Of a stretch of 64,000 bases of DNA, positions 30,448-39,487 are shown piece after piece. Made by a program: the position numbers and the translations under genes. Source of the DNA: an uncultured Planctomycetota bacterium (GTDB taxonomy: Bacteria; Planctomycetota; Planctomycetia; Isosphaerales; Isosphaeraceae); NCBI GenBank assembly GCA_963823665.1, contig CAWGMQ010000010.1, forward strand, positions 2,304,001-2,368,000. Direction: 5' to 3'. The notes below the pieces were generated by a model, which made no database searches, was not told the origin of the DNA, and saw nothing but the letters and a program-made list of their open reading frames with translations. Each line of letters begins with the position of its first letter. The stretch's first letter is position 1.

Positions 30448-31644
30448 ATGTCTGAACAACGGTCGCTAGCGCGGACTCGTCCTACAGTGATGCTCACACC
30501 CATCGATCAGCCGGCCGTGCGGCTGATTGCCTTTCATCTCCCGCAGTTCCACCCCGTGCCGGAAAACGATCGATGGTGGGGTACGGGGTTCACCGAGTGG
30601 ACGAACGTCGCCAGGGCAAAGCCTCTATTCCAGGGCCACTATCAGCCCCGTCTGCCGGCAGACCTGGGTTACTACGACCTGAGGGTGCCGGAGACGCGTC
30701 AAGCGCAGGCTGAACTCGCGAGCCAGTACGGAATCGAGGGGTTCTGTTACTGGCACTACTGGTTCCACGGAACTCGACTGCTCGAAAGACCGGTTGACGA
30801 GATTCTTGCCTCGGGCGAGCCCGACTTCCCGTTTTGCCTGGCCTGGGCGAACGAGTCGTGGTCGCGGAGCTGGCTAGGCGACGAGCGCGAGATCTTGATC
30901 GAGCAAAGGTACTCGGAGGGAGACGACCGGGGGCATGCCCGATGGCTGGCGCGCGCATTTGCCGACCCTCGCTACATCCACGTAAACGGCAGACCGATGC
31001 TCGTGATTTACAAGCCGCTCTCGCTGCCGGACGCGAAGCGGACCACGGAGATCTTTCGCGATGAATGCCGCAAGCTCGGCGGGCCCGAGCCTTACCTGGT
31101 CGGCATCGACGCGCACTGCCCGGGCACCGACATGCGCGCGCTCGGCTTCGACATGACCGAGCATCACGAGCCGCAACTGGGCGCGCTCGGGCCCGACGCG
31201 TTCATCGACGGGCCGCGCCGGTCCAAGATCCTGCGGAATCTGCGGCAAGGCATCATCAGCGCGAGCCTCAAGGTTTATTCGCATCGACGAGCGGTCGGGT
31301 GGATGGCGCAGGTGCGGCCGCCGTTCCCGCACTTTCCCTGCTGCTTCACCGGCTGGGACAACACGGCCCGACGGGTCGCTGACGCGATCGTGATGATCGA
31401 CTCCGGCCCCGAGATCTTCGCCAGCCAGCTCGAGCTCCTGTCCAGGAGCGTGCTGCACAGGGAGCGTGAGGAGCGCGTGGTGTTCATCAACGCGTGGAAC
31501 GAATGGGCCGAGGGGATGTACCTCGAGCCCGACGTGAAATTCGGGCACGAATATTTAAATGCTGTTGCGCAAGTCCTCGAGGAAGTGTCAAAGTCGGCGG
31601 GAACGAGGTCGGATCGCGTGTTGCTTTCGGCGAAGGCGTGTTGA
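30448..31644 (+). CDS. WbsX / GH99-like domain protein
   Basis: LIAFHLPQFH, ENDRWWGTGFTEW, LGYYDL, CLAWANESW, GWDNTAR, FINAWNEWAEG. Confidence 0.9.
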   Translation: MSEQRSLARTRPTVMLTPIDQPAVRLIAFHLPQFHPVPENDRWWGTGFTEWTNVARAKPLFQGHYQPRLPADLGYYDLRVPETRQAQAELASQYGIEGFCYWHYWFHGTRLLERPVDEILASGEPDFPFCLAWANESWSRSWLGDEREILIEQRYSEGDDRGHARWLARAFADPRYIHVNGRPMLVIYKPLSLPDAKRTTEIFRDECRKLGGPEPYLVGIDAHCPGTDMRALGFDMTEHHEPQLGALGPDAFIDGPRRSKILRNLRQGIISASLKVYSHRRAVGWMAQVRPPFPHFPCCFTGWDNTARRVADAIVMIDSGPEIFASQLELLSRSVLHREREERVVFINAWNEWAEGMYLEPDVKFGHEYLNAVAQVLEEVSKSAGTRSDRVLLSAKAC

Positions 31645-33750
31645 TTGAGCCGCCTGAAGCGTCACGAGGCGCCGTTCAAATCGCGCCCTACCGCGTGCCG
31701 AGACGGGTCAATCGTTGGCGATCACAAGTCGGGTTCCGACGTTCGTCTGGAGCGTGCGATGGTAGAATTGAAAGCAAGTCGGCGCCTGTGGAGCATTCTG
31801 GCCAGATGCCTCGTAAATGTGATTGGAACCGACCGGCCCGGAGCGCGTAATGCGAGGATTACGCGATTACTCGAGCATACGGCTCCGCTCCTCTTCGTCG
31901 CGATCGCGGCGATACCGCTCTTTCGCAGGCTTCGTCATCCCACGATTGTGGGGGACGACGTGACGAGGCTCGTGGCCCTGATCGAGCGGCCCTTTCGCGA
32001 CGTGATCTTTCTGCCATTCGCCGAGCACGTCACGCCGCTGTTTCAGTTCGGCTCCTGGGTGATCTGGCAAGCGATCGGTCATGACATCCGCCTCGCGCCG
32101 CTGGCATACTGCTTGGCGTCCGTCGCGGTGTGGGGGTTGGTGCTCTCGCTGCTGGGCCTCTGGCTGTTCCGCGAGACCGGCTCGCGCACGGCGACTTTCA
32201 TTGCCGTCGCTCTCGTGGCTCAATCGCCGCTTGTTCGCGAGACGGCATGGTGGTACTCGGCCAGTAGTTTTTCATGGGCGGTGTGCGGGATCTTGATCGC
32301 GATGCTGGGCGCGGCGGGGCTGGGGCGGCGGCGCGGTTCGCTGGCGCTGGTCGCGCTCGGCGCGGCGATCGCGCCGGCGGGGACTTCGCTCGGGTTTCTG
32401 GGCGCACCTCTGGCGATGCTACGGGCGCTCTTGCAGGGCGGGGTGTCGCGCCGGCAGAAGCTCCTGGCCATCCTGGCTGCCGCCGCCGGCGTGCTCGCAT
32501 ACGCCGAATTCTGTAACTGGGGAGCTCCGAGCGTAAGCTCAATGCGATTAAAATACGCCTCGGTGTTCGAGCCGATGGCTGGCCTCTGTTACGCGCTCAC
32601 CGTTCCCGGGCGGTTGCTCTGGCCTTCGACCGGGGGGGTTCCGGCTTCGTGGCTGGCCGGCCCCGTCTCCGGCCTGTTCGCCTGGGGCACCGGGGCCGTT
32701 GCACTTGCAATGACCGCCTGGCTGGCGATCAGCCGGCGCGCTCACGGCAACGGAAAGCTTGTCGTGATCGGTGCATTCATGATCTATTGTGGATATTTGC
32801 TCGCCTATGTGCCGAGAGTGTGCACCCTGCGCCTGGGTATGTGGAGCGAGCTCCAGCTATTGTATCAATTCGCGGCAAGATACCACATTCTGCCGCTCAT
32901 GGGCTTGGCGGCGATCGTCTCGGCGACGATCGCCGGCTTTCCTCTCGCGGTGCGCGGTGATGCTCGGCCGGGCCGGCCGGCGCTCCTGGGCGCGATCGTG
33001 GGCCTTGCAATGCTGGGAGTGCAGTTCAAGGAGGCCAGTTTCTGGGATTTCTACCTGGTGCAGCCCGACCAGAGATCGACGCTCGCGGCGGTTCATCGAC
33101 TGGGACAGCTCGCGCGTGAGGAGGGCATCCCGCGCACTCAGCTCGTCAGGATCATTGATCCGGTGATGCGTCCCTGGAACCAGTCGATCCTGGGTGATCG
33201 GCCCGAGGCGTTCCCGCTCGTGAAGCTCGGGGCACTCGCTCCGGAAGAGGTCACCCGTCCGATCGCTGATTCGGAGGCGCGTGCTCGTCTGAAGGCTCGA
33301 TTGACAGCGAGCGAGCGAACGGCACTCGGGTCAGACATGTGTGCATCATTCAGCCAATGCCGGGTCCAGTCGAATGCCACCACTTTGGCAATCGCACGGC
33401 GATATGAGCTCCGAGGGGCGAGCGAAATCGGGCCGGGACTCTATCGCAATCTAGGCGGTGCGGGAGCGATCAATTTTGAGTTCGAGCCGGCGCCGGGGGC
33501 GCGGTACCTGGTCATGCCGGGCCTGAAATCTAACCAGGATATTCACATTTACTGGTGTGACCAGAATCAGAAATGGCGTCCCGGGCAGTGCGTCCGATGG
33601 CTAAAGTCTTCCCCCGGAGCCGGACAGGCGGTCATTGACCTCGACCGGCTGATTCACCTGTCGACCGAGCCGTTGTCGCGGATCGCGATCCAGTTCACGC
33701 AGCCCGGAGGGGAACTTGCGCTGCGAGGTGCGCCGCGATTGGTGCGTTAG
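31645..33750 (+). CDS. Polytopic membrane protein, possible GT-C fold
   Basis: GDD acidic motif after the first TM, FAEH, about 11 hydrophobic segments, RY motif, soluble C-terminal domain; start uncertain. Confidence 0.55.
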   Translation: MSRLKRHEAPFKSRPTACRDGSIVGDHKSGSDVRLERAMVELKASRRLWSILARCLVNVIGTDRPGARNARITRLLEHTAPLLFVAIAAIPLFRRLRHPTIVGDDVTRLVALIERPFRDVIFLPFAEHVTPLFQFGSWVIWQAIGHDIRLAPLAYCLASVAVWGLVLSLLGLWLFRETGSRTATFIAVALVAQSPLVRETAWWYSASSFSWAVCGILIAMLGAAGLGRRRGSLALVALGAAIAPAGTSLGFLGAPLAMLRALLQGGVSRRQKLLAILAAAAGVLAYAEFCNWGAPSVSSMRLKYASVFEPMAGLCYALTVPGRLLWPSTGGVPASWLAGPVSGLFAWGTGAVALAMTAWLAISRRAHGNGKLVVIGAFMIYCGYLLAYVPRVCTLRLGMWSELQLLYQFAARYHILPLMGLAAIVSATIAGFPLAVRGDARPGRPALLGAIVGLAMLGVQFKEASFWDFYLVQPDQRSTLAAVHRLGQLAREEGIPRTQLVRIIDPVMRPWNQSILGDRPEAFPLVKLGALAPEEVTRPIADSEARARLKARLTASERTALGSDMCASFSQCRVQSNATTLAIARRYELRGASEIGPGLYRNLGGAGAINFEFEPAPGARYLVMPGLKSNQDIHIYWCDQNQKWRPGQCVRWLKSSPGAGQAVIDLDRLIHLSTEPLSRIAIQFTQPGGELALRGAPRLVR

Positions 33751-33793
33751 CACACGAATTCGAGGCGTGAGTTGCTTCGCGGACCGTGGGGTC

Positions 33794-34567
33794 TCAAGGC
33801 TTCACTGCCCGCACGATCGTGCGGATGCAGTCGATCCGGATCGAACCACGTTCTTGCCGCGACGGCCGGAAGCTCCGGATGATTGGCCCGGCGAGCAGCT
33901 TGCCGCGCACGGATTCCTTGGTATCGCACGGTGTCCCGCGGTCGAACCATTCGTCGAAGTCGAGTACAAACGGCTCTTCGACCAGAGTGATATTCTCGAG
34001 CCCGGCGCGGGCGAACAGGTCGACGAGCTCTCCGCCGGTCAGGTTCCGGGTGTGGGTGCGGTCGCGTGCGATTTCGAGCGCATTGTGATGAGCGGCGATC
34101 GCGGAGTCAGGATCGGTCGTGTGGTCGCAGGCTACGATCACGCCGCCATGCTGGACGAGAGCGACCTGCCGTGCCAGAAAGGCGAACGGGTCGACTACGT
34201 GGTGGAGCACGAAGCGTGATAGGGCTCCGTCGAAGGGAGCAAATTGGTCGAGGACGGGGTCGTAGACCGACCCTTGCACGAACCTGGCTCGTTCGCCGTG
34301 AGCCGCGCAGCGCTTGCGAGCACGCTCGACCATCTCGGTAGAGAGATCCACGCCCAGGACACTGAGTCCGGCGTCGAGCAGCCCGCTGCTGACGAGCCCG
34401 GGCCCGCACCCGGCGTCGAGCACGCGGCCGCCGTGGGGGAAGTCAGCTTCGTGGACCAGACGCTGGATGGCAGCGGGGTCGCTCTGAACGGGCGCTCGCT
34501 CGAATTTGGGAGCCTGAGCGTCGAAGCCTTCGGCGAGCTGCTGGTCGTGGTCGGTCATTCGAAACAT
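33794..34567 (-). CDS. Class I SAM-dependent methyltransferase
   Basis: VLDAGCGPG, GVDLSTEM, FDGALSRFVLHH. Confidence 0.88.
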   Translation of the reverse strand: MFRMTDHDQQLAEGFDAQAPKFERAPVQSDPAAIQRLVHEADFPHGGRVLDAGCGPGLVSSGLLDAGLSVLGVDLSTEMVERARKRCAAHGERARFVQGSVYDPVLDQFAPFDGALSRFVLHHVVDPFAFLARQVALVQHGGVIVACDHTTDPDSAIAAHHNALEIARDRTHTRNLTGGELVDLFARAGLENITLVEEPFVLDFDEWFDRGTPCDTKESVRGKLLAGPIIRSFRPSRQERGSIRIDCIRTIVRAVKP

Positions 34568-34810
34568 GCCCCGCAACTGCGGCTCAACTGAGCAGACGCT
34601 CGCCGTAGTGGTTCGCGTAGCTCAAGAAAATCAAGAAGGAAGTTATACCAGTTCAAGTACGGCTTCGCACCCTCACCGCGCTAAAGATCGAGGGTCGAAA
34701 GGCCGACACAACTGTGCACGGGGATGTGCGCAAACACGATGCCGGACCGGCGATCTTCGGATGCTCGATCGCAGATGCACGCTGCGGGGCGCTCGTGAAC
34801 GGAGTGTACG

Positions 34811-35629
34811 ATGCCAAGCGTGGATTTGAACCAGCGTTTCTGGGACGAAGAATACGACTGGTCGGACGGCGGCGACGAATGGTCAAGGAGCTGGGGCGGG
34901 GCACAATCCCAGTGGAATGGGACCATCGTTCCGAGAATCAGACGGCATTTGCCAGCGCACACCATCCTCGAAATTGCGCCCGGCTTTGGACGGTGGACGC
35001 AATTCCTGGTTGAACAGTGCCAGCGGCTGATCCTGGTCGATCTTTCGGAGAAGTGCATCTCTGCGTGCCAGAAGAGATTCCGCGACTACAATCACGTTGA
35101 GTACCACGTGAACGATGGACGCTCGCTGGTTGTGATTCCAGAGAGCTCGGTCGATTTTGTATTCAGCTTCGATTCCCTGGTGCACGTCGAGGCATGCGTG
35201 ATCGAGTCGTACGTGAACGAGGTCGCAAGGATCCTCAAGATCGACGGAACCGCGTTTCTGCACCATTCCAATCATGGTGAGTTCGCGGCGCTTACTGCGA
35301 TTCAAAGCTTCCTGTGGTCGCACACGCGGGCCAGATCAGTCGTCGAACGACTGAAGCTCATGCCGAATTCACACGGGCGGGCGTTAACGATGTCGGCCTC
35401 GAAATTCCGTGAATACGCCGAGCGAGCTGGAGTGCATTGCAGGGTCCAGGAGACGGTCAATTGGGGCGGGAAGCGCACGATCGATTGCTTCTCAACGCTC
35501 CAGAAAAGCCGCGAGATGCGGCATGTGCCCACGACCACCTTGCATAACCCGCACTTCATGCGAGAAGCAGAATACCTCGGGCAGCTTTCGCGAGTCTACC
35601 AGCCGCACGAAAACATCGTGCGGGTCTGA
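34811..35629 (+). CDS. Class I SAM-dependent methyltransferase
   Basis: ILEIAPGFGRWT, LVDLS, NDG, DFVFSFDSLVH, HHSN. Confidence 0.88.
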   Translation: MPSVDLNQRFWDEEYDWSDGGDEWSRSWGGAQSQWNGTIVPRIRRHLPAHTILEIAPGFGRWTQFLVEQCQRLILVDLSEKCISACQKRFRDYNHVEYHVNDGRSLVVIPESSVDFVFSFDSLVHVEACVIESYVNEVARILKIDGTAFLHHSNHGEFAALTAIQSFLWSHTRARSVVERLKLMPNSHGRALTMSASKFREYAERAGVHCRVQETVNWGGKRTIDCFSTLQKSREMRHVPTTTLHNPHFMREAEYLGQLSRVYQPHENIVRV

Positions 35630-35763
35630 ATCCCGCTGTTGAGTTCAACCTTGGCGGTTGATCCGGCGAGTTGGGGCAGACCAGCCGGGGTGTCGCCGAG
35701 CGGAAGATTCGCTAAAATGAGATTTGTGGAAAGTTGATCATCGCACCGACGGAGACCGCACGC

Positions 35764-36084
35764 GTGACAGCTCCTCAATCGGTCGAAGAACTCAACCGAA
35801 ATCTCGCCGATCGCATTAACGAACAGGCGCGCAAGGATCCGACGTCACATTATGCCGGGAGATTCGTCGGGATCAGCAATGGTGAAGTTCTCGCTGTAAC
35901 TGATGATCTCGACAGTCTGGTCGAGCGGCTCCGACAGCTCGAAGCAGACCCATCCACGACGCTATGCCTCGAGGCCGGCTTGGATTACGAGCAGCCGCAG
36001 GAAATCTGGGGCGTGAGCGCCCGTTCGGCGCGGGTCTCACCAATGCGCCGTTCGGCGCGGGTCTCCGACCCCGCGGTCCCCTGA
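35764..36084 (+). CDS. Small DUF5678-like protein whose 3' end runs into a REP element
   Basis: YAGRFVGISNGEVLAVTDDLD resembles DUF5678; after EIWG the frame reads through repeat-derived sequence. Confidence 0.5.
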   Translation: MTAPQSVEELNRNLADRINEQARKDPTSHYAGRFVGISNGEVLAVTDDLDSLVERLRQLEADPSTTLCLEAGLDYEQPQEIWGVSARSARVSPMRRSARVSDPAVP

Positions 36085-36096
36085 CCGTAGGTCTCC
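36023..36096 (+). repeat. REP copies left of RAYT (one partial, one full), inverted relative to the right array
   Basis: gttcggcgcgggtctc at 36023; gttcggcgcgggtctccgaccccgcggtcccctgaccgtaggtctcc at 36050-36096. Confidence 0.85.
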
Positions 36097-36112
36097 ACCA
36101 CGCACACGGCGG

Positions 36113-36658
36113 TCACCACTCAATCCGGCTCAAGACAACGTCGTTCGCTGCTGTTCCGTCGCCCATCCAATAGGAAGCCGATGAATAGCGCCAGTGCTAA
36201 GGTCGTAGGACTAACCCCTTGCGACATGGATTGTCGTGCAAGTAATCAAGCTTCTGGTGATAAAACTGCTCCGTCTCGATCGGCTCGGGGTGGGTGGTCG
36301 CCTTCCAGAAGCGGCGATCCCGATCGTCGCCGGAATTTGCGCGAAATGCCTCGTCGAAACAAGGGGGCATGTTTCGCCGGCAGTAGTCGATCAACGTTCT
36401 GGCCGTGAATTTCCGGAGGTCGGTCAATGTCGCTTTGAAGGCCGGCGGGTCGAAATGCTGCATGAAGAGCATGGCGTGGAAGTGCGTGGGCATGATGACG
36501 TATGCGTGGATTCGCAATCCCTTATGCTGGTGACAGAAATTCAAGCTGTCCGCGAGAATCTTGCACGTGGCTTCTGATACGAAGACCGGAAGCCAATCGA
36601 CCACGGTCATGGTCACGAAGTGGAGGGCTACGTCGTCGGAGATGCGGTAGCGTTCCAT
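36113..36658 (-). mobile_element. REP-associated tyrosine transposase (RAYT, Y1 HUH), interrupted by an in-frame TAG at 36197-36199
   Basis: HFVTMTVVDWLPVF, AYVIMPTHFH (HUH), KLDYLHDNP (catalytic Tyr), GLV; frame continues past TAG as HWRYSSA...IEW-stop. Confidence 0.9.
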
Positions 36659-36684
36659 GGGCGGGGCGGCTTTCGCGTTCGTCT

Positions 36685-36938
36685 GGGGAGACCTTCGGTC
36701 GGGAAGACGGCGGGGTCAGAGACCCGCGCCGAACACTAGAACACTATACATTCTTGCGGCGGCCCTCGGTGGGGAGACCTACGGTCGGGAAGACGGCGGG
36801 GTCGGAGACCCGCGCCGAACACTTCGGATGACGGCGGGGTCGGAGACCCGCGCCGAACACTATGGGAAGACGGCGGGGTCGGAGATCCGCGCCGAACACC
36901 ATGGGAAGACGGCGGGGTCGGAGACCCGCACCGAACAC
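36685..36938 (-). repeat. REP array right of RAYT, five copies
   Basis: Core gacggcggggtcggagacccgcgccgaacac; two long copies with ggagacct(t/a)cggtc (36685, 36771), then three short copies at 38-39 bp period. Confidence 0.92.
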
Positions 36939-36952
36939 GCACCTCGGTCGCC

Positions 36953-39253
36953 TCAGTCCGCTTCGGATTCGCTCAAGATCTTCTTATATGCCTCGCGTGC
37001 GACGTCATACGCCTTCTTGGCCGCGTCTTTTTCTGTCGCGCGAATCGCGGGCTCTTTTTTTAGCCAGCACTGGTCCACGGACTTTAGGCACCACTCGGCG
37101 GATTTTTTCGAGGCGCGAACGGGCTTGCCGCCGACAGTGACGAAAATCGGATTCGTGTGTGAAGACGGGTAGATCCTCAGCGCCACCCAGCTCGATTGCT
37201 TGATCGGGACTTCGAACGAGACACCCTCGACGCTGCCGTCGGCGGTGATCTCGGTCTTGGCGACGGGCAGGCCGTTGACGATGACCTCGACCGGAACTTT
37301 GCGCGTCTCGCCCATGCGGGCGCGCTCGAGATCCCAGTAGGGCTTTTGATCGAGCGGGCGGGCGGCGATGGCGCGGGCCTCGCCGGAGATCGTCGACGGT
37401 AAATACGCCGCGACCTGCGCCGTCACCTTCACGGTGCCCGGCTTTTCTAGTTTCAGTTCGCTGCCTTCGGTTCCGAGCACGCGGTCGTTGACCTGAAAAT
37501 CGATCAGATGGCTGTGGCCGTCGGATACATAGGACCGGCCGAGCTTCACCCCCTCGCACCACTTGTCGAAATCAAGCTGGCCCTCGGGCAGCTTGACGTA
37601 AACCCGCCCCAGGCCCACGCGCTCGCCGTAGATGCAGGGGAAATCGGTCTCGCCGCTGATCCTCGCGCGATAACCGCAATTGAGCGTGTGATACCAGATG
37701 TTCAACTCCCAGGGGGCCGGCGTGTCCACGGTCGAGATGAAATCAACCGCGTCGTGCACGACGTCCACGATGTATTCGTTGGCGCCGATGCCGTCAAATG
37801 GCGGAACCTCGTATGTGGGAAGTTTGTCGTCGGACGCCTTGAGCCCCCAGCCCGAGTGCGAAAATCCGACGACACCGCCTTGCGACTTGCCCCATTTGAG
37901 CACGGGCAGGTCCCAGCTCGGCCATTCCTCAATGCGGGTGGTGCCCGGGTAGTCGTCTTCCTTGAGCCGAAGCAGACACAGGTGGCCGGTGTGCGAGCTT
38001 GGGAACCCGGAAACCTCGATGTCGTAGCGCATCAAGTAATCGCGTGTTGAAAGCGGATGGATCTTGCCTTCGAAGAACTGCTTCTGGGCATACCAGCAGG
38101 GGCCCCAAGAGAGCACGCAGCCGACATCGAGGTCCTCGCCCAGGATGTGCCGCCACATGTCCTCGGGCTTGACGCCTTCGGTCGGGCTCTCGTAGTGGCC
38201 GCAGCCCGCGGCGTGTACGTGATGGTCGCCGGAATACCACCCCATCTTGGCCAGGTGGATCCATCTCTTGAGGTCGAACGATTGATGAAATGTCTTTGCC
38301 TTGGGAACAATGATCGAGCCGGTTTGAACGAGGTATTCGGGGCCCCGGCCGACCTCGACCTGGTACGTGCCCGGCGGCAGCAAGATGGTTTCGCCACTTT
38401 GGCGGTAAATCTGGGGATGGAAGAAGAAATCGGGCGCCAGCCGGCGAGTCGGCGAGGGATAGACTCGTCCCATGCGATCACGAAAGATGAAAGAGGCCAT
38501 CGTCGGGCGGCCATCGTCGTCGCGCACGTCGACGACCATGGCGACGGCCGGATCGCAGGAGAACAGGATGTCGACATCGCTGCGGAATCCCAGGTCCTGC
38601 GTTCCCTGGCCGACGTTGAAGCTGATCTTCGCCTCACGCTTGCCGGCATCGCGGCTGTGGATCTGAATGATGCCATACTCGAGCGTGAGACCGGAGAGGG
38701 ATTTCTTGAGCGGGCGATCCGTGTACATTGCGACATCGGCCCAGCGCTGGATCACGTCCGACGGACGAACCGAGACTGTGGGCTCGGCCCGGTTAGTCGA
38801 CTGGCGGTAGGGCAGCGCGGCGTTGGGGCTCTCGGCGACGAGTGGGGCGGTGACGCCGGCCTGGTTGTTGATCTTGACCAGGAAGACCGTCCAACCGTTT
38901 TGAACCAAGTGGGGCAGGGCAGCGCCTTGCGCGGCTTTGACGCGGCTCTCGGCGTTGATCTCCACTCCGACCAGGACGTGAGGGTCGAGAATCGCCTGGA
39001 TGGTCTTGATCGCCGGGGCGCCACCGGTGGAATCGACGGCCTTCTCGAGCGCGGTTTTCTCGGAGGGAGACAGCGGCTGGCCGAGCTGCTCGAGCGCCTC
39101 CACGATCCGCTTCACCTGGGCTGAGAGAGGCTGGAACTCGACGTCCGTGACGATGGGAAGCTTGTCGGCCGATGCGCCGGGCGCGGCCATCACGAGCAGC
39201 ACGAAGCCCATGGTGAGGCGGAAGAGGGACGGATATTGCAATCGGATTCGCAT
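36953..39253 (-). CDS. Secreted CehA/McbA-family (PHP-like) metallohydrolase
   Basis: Signal-like LLVMAAPGASA; GRGPEY, GWYSGDHHVH, WYHTLNCG, SGETDFPC, GLGRVY, SHTNPIFV. Confidence 0.78.
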   Translation of the reverse strand: MRIRLQYPSLFRLTMGFVLLVMAAPGASADKLPIVTDVEFQPLSAQVKRIVEALEQLGQPLSPSEKTALEKAVDSTGGAPAIKTIQAILDPHVLVGVEINAESRVKAAQGAALPHLVQNGWTVFLVKINNQAGVTAPLVAESPNAALPYRQSTNRAEPTVSVRPSDVIQRWADVAMYTDRPLKKSLSGLTLEYGIIQIHSRDAGKREAKISFNVGQGTQDLGFRSDVDILFSCDPAVAMVVDVRDDDGRPTMASFIFRDRMGRVYPSPTRRLAPDFFFHPQIYRQSGETILLPPGTYQVEVGRGPEYLVQTGSIIVPKAKTFHQSFDLKRWIHLAKMGWYSGDHHVHAAGCGHYESPTEGVKPEDMWRHILGEDLDVGCVLSWGPCWYAQKQFFEGKIHPLSTRDYLMRYDIEVSGFPSSHTGHLCLLRLKEDDYPGTTRIEEWPSWDLPVLKWGKSQGGVVGFSHSGWGLKASDDKLPTYEVPPFDGIGANEYIVDVVHDAVDFISTVDTPAPWELNIWYHTLNCGYRARISGETDFPCIYGERVGLGRVYVKLPEGQLDFDKWCEGVKLGRSYVSDGHSHLIDFQVNDRVLGTEGSELKLEKPGTVKVTAQVAAYLPSTISGEARAIAARPLDQKPYWDLERARMGETRKVPVEVIVNGLPVAKTEITADGSVEGVSFEVPIKQSSWVALRIYPSSHTNPIFVTVGGKPVRASKKSAEWCLKSVDQCWLKKEPAIRATEKDAAKKAYDVAREAYKKILSESEAD

Positions 39254-39487
39254 GGTGAGGCCCCGGGGACGAACGCCGCGATTCATGAGCAGGACGACGC
39301 GTCTTGCGCCCACCATCTTGATCGCTTCCTGGCGGGACTTCAACGAGGTCGAAGGATTGCGGGGTTCACTGCGCGGAAGCGGAGTACCGTGGACACGATA
39401 CAAAACTGCTGACGGCCGGCTGTGTGCTTTCTCGCGAGAAGGGTAGGCGATGCGGCGTGGGCGGGAGGGCGAAGGCGTAGAATAGTT

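Noticed and set aside
34811..34840. tRNA-like T-arm (ggttcaaatcc) on the minus strand
   Set aside because: Lies inside the methyltransferase start; no acceptor stem, D arm or anticodon arm can be built
36771..36938. CRISPR array (also 53112-53220 and 47073-47150)
   Set aside because: Units are separated by only a few bases, with no unique spacers and no cas genes; the adjacent RAYT and hairpin form indicate REPs
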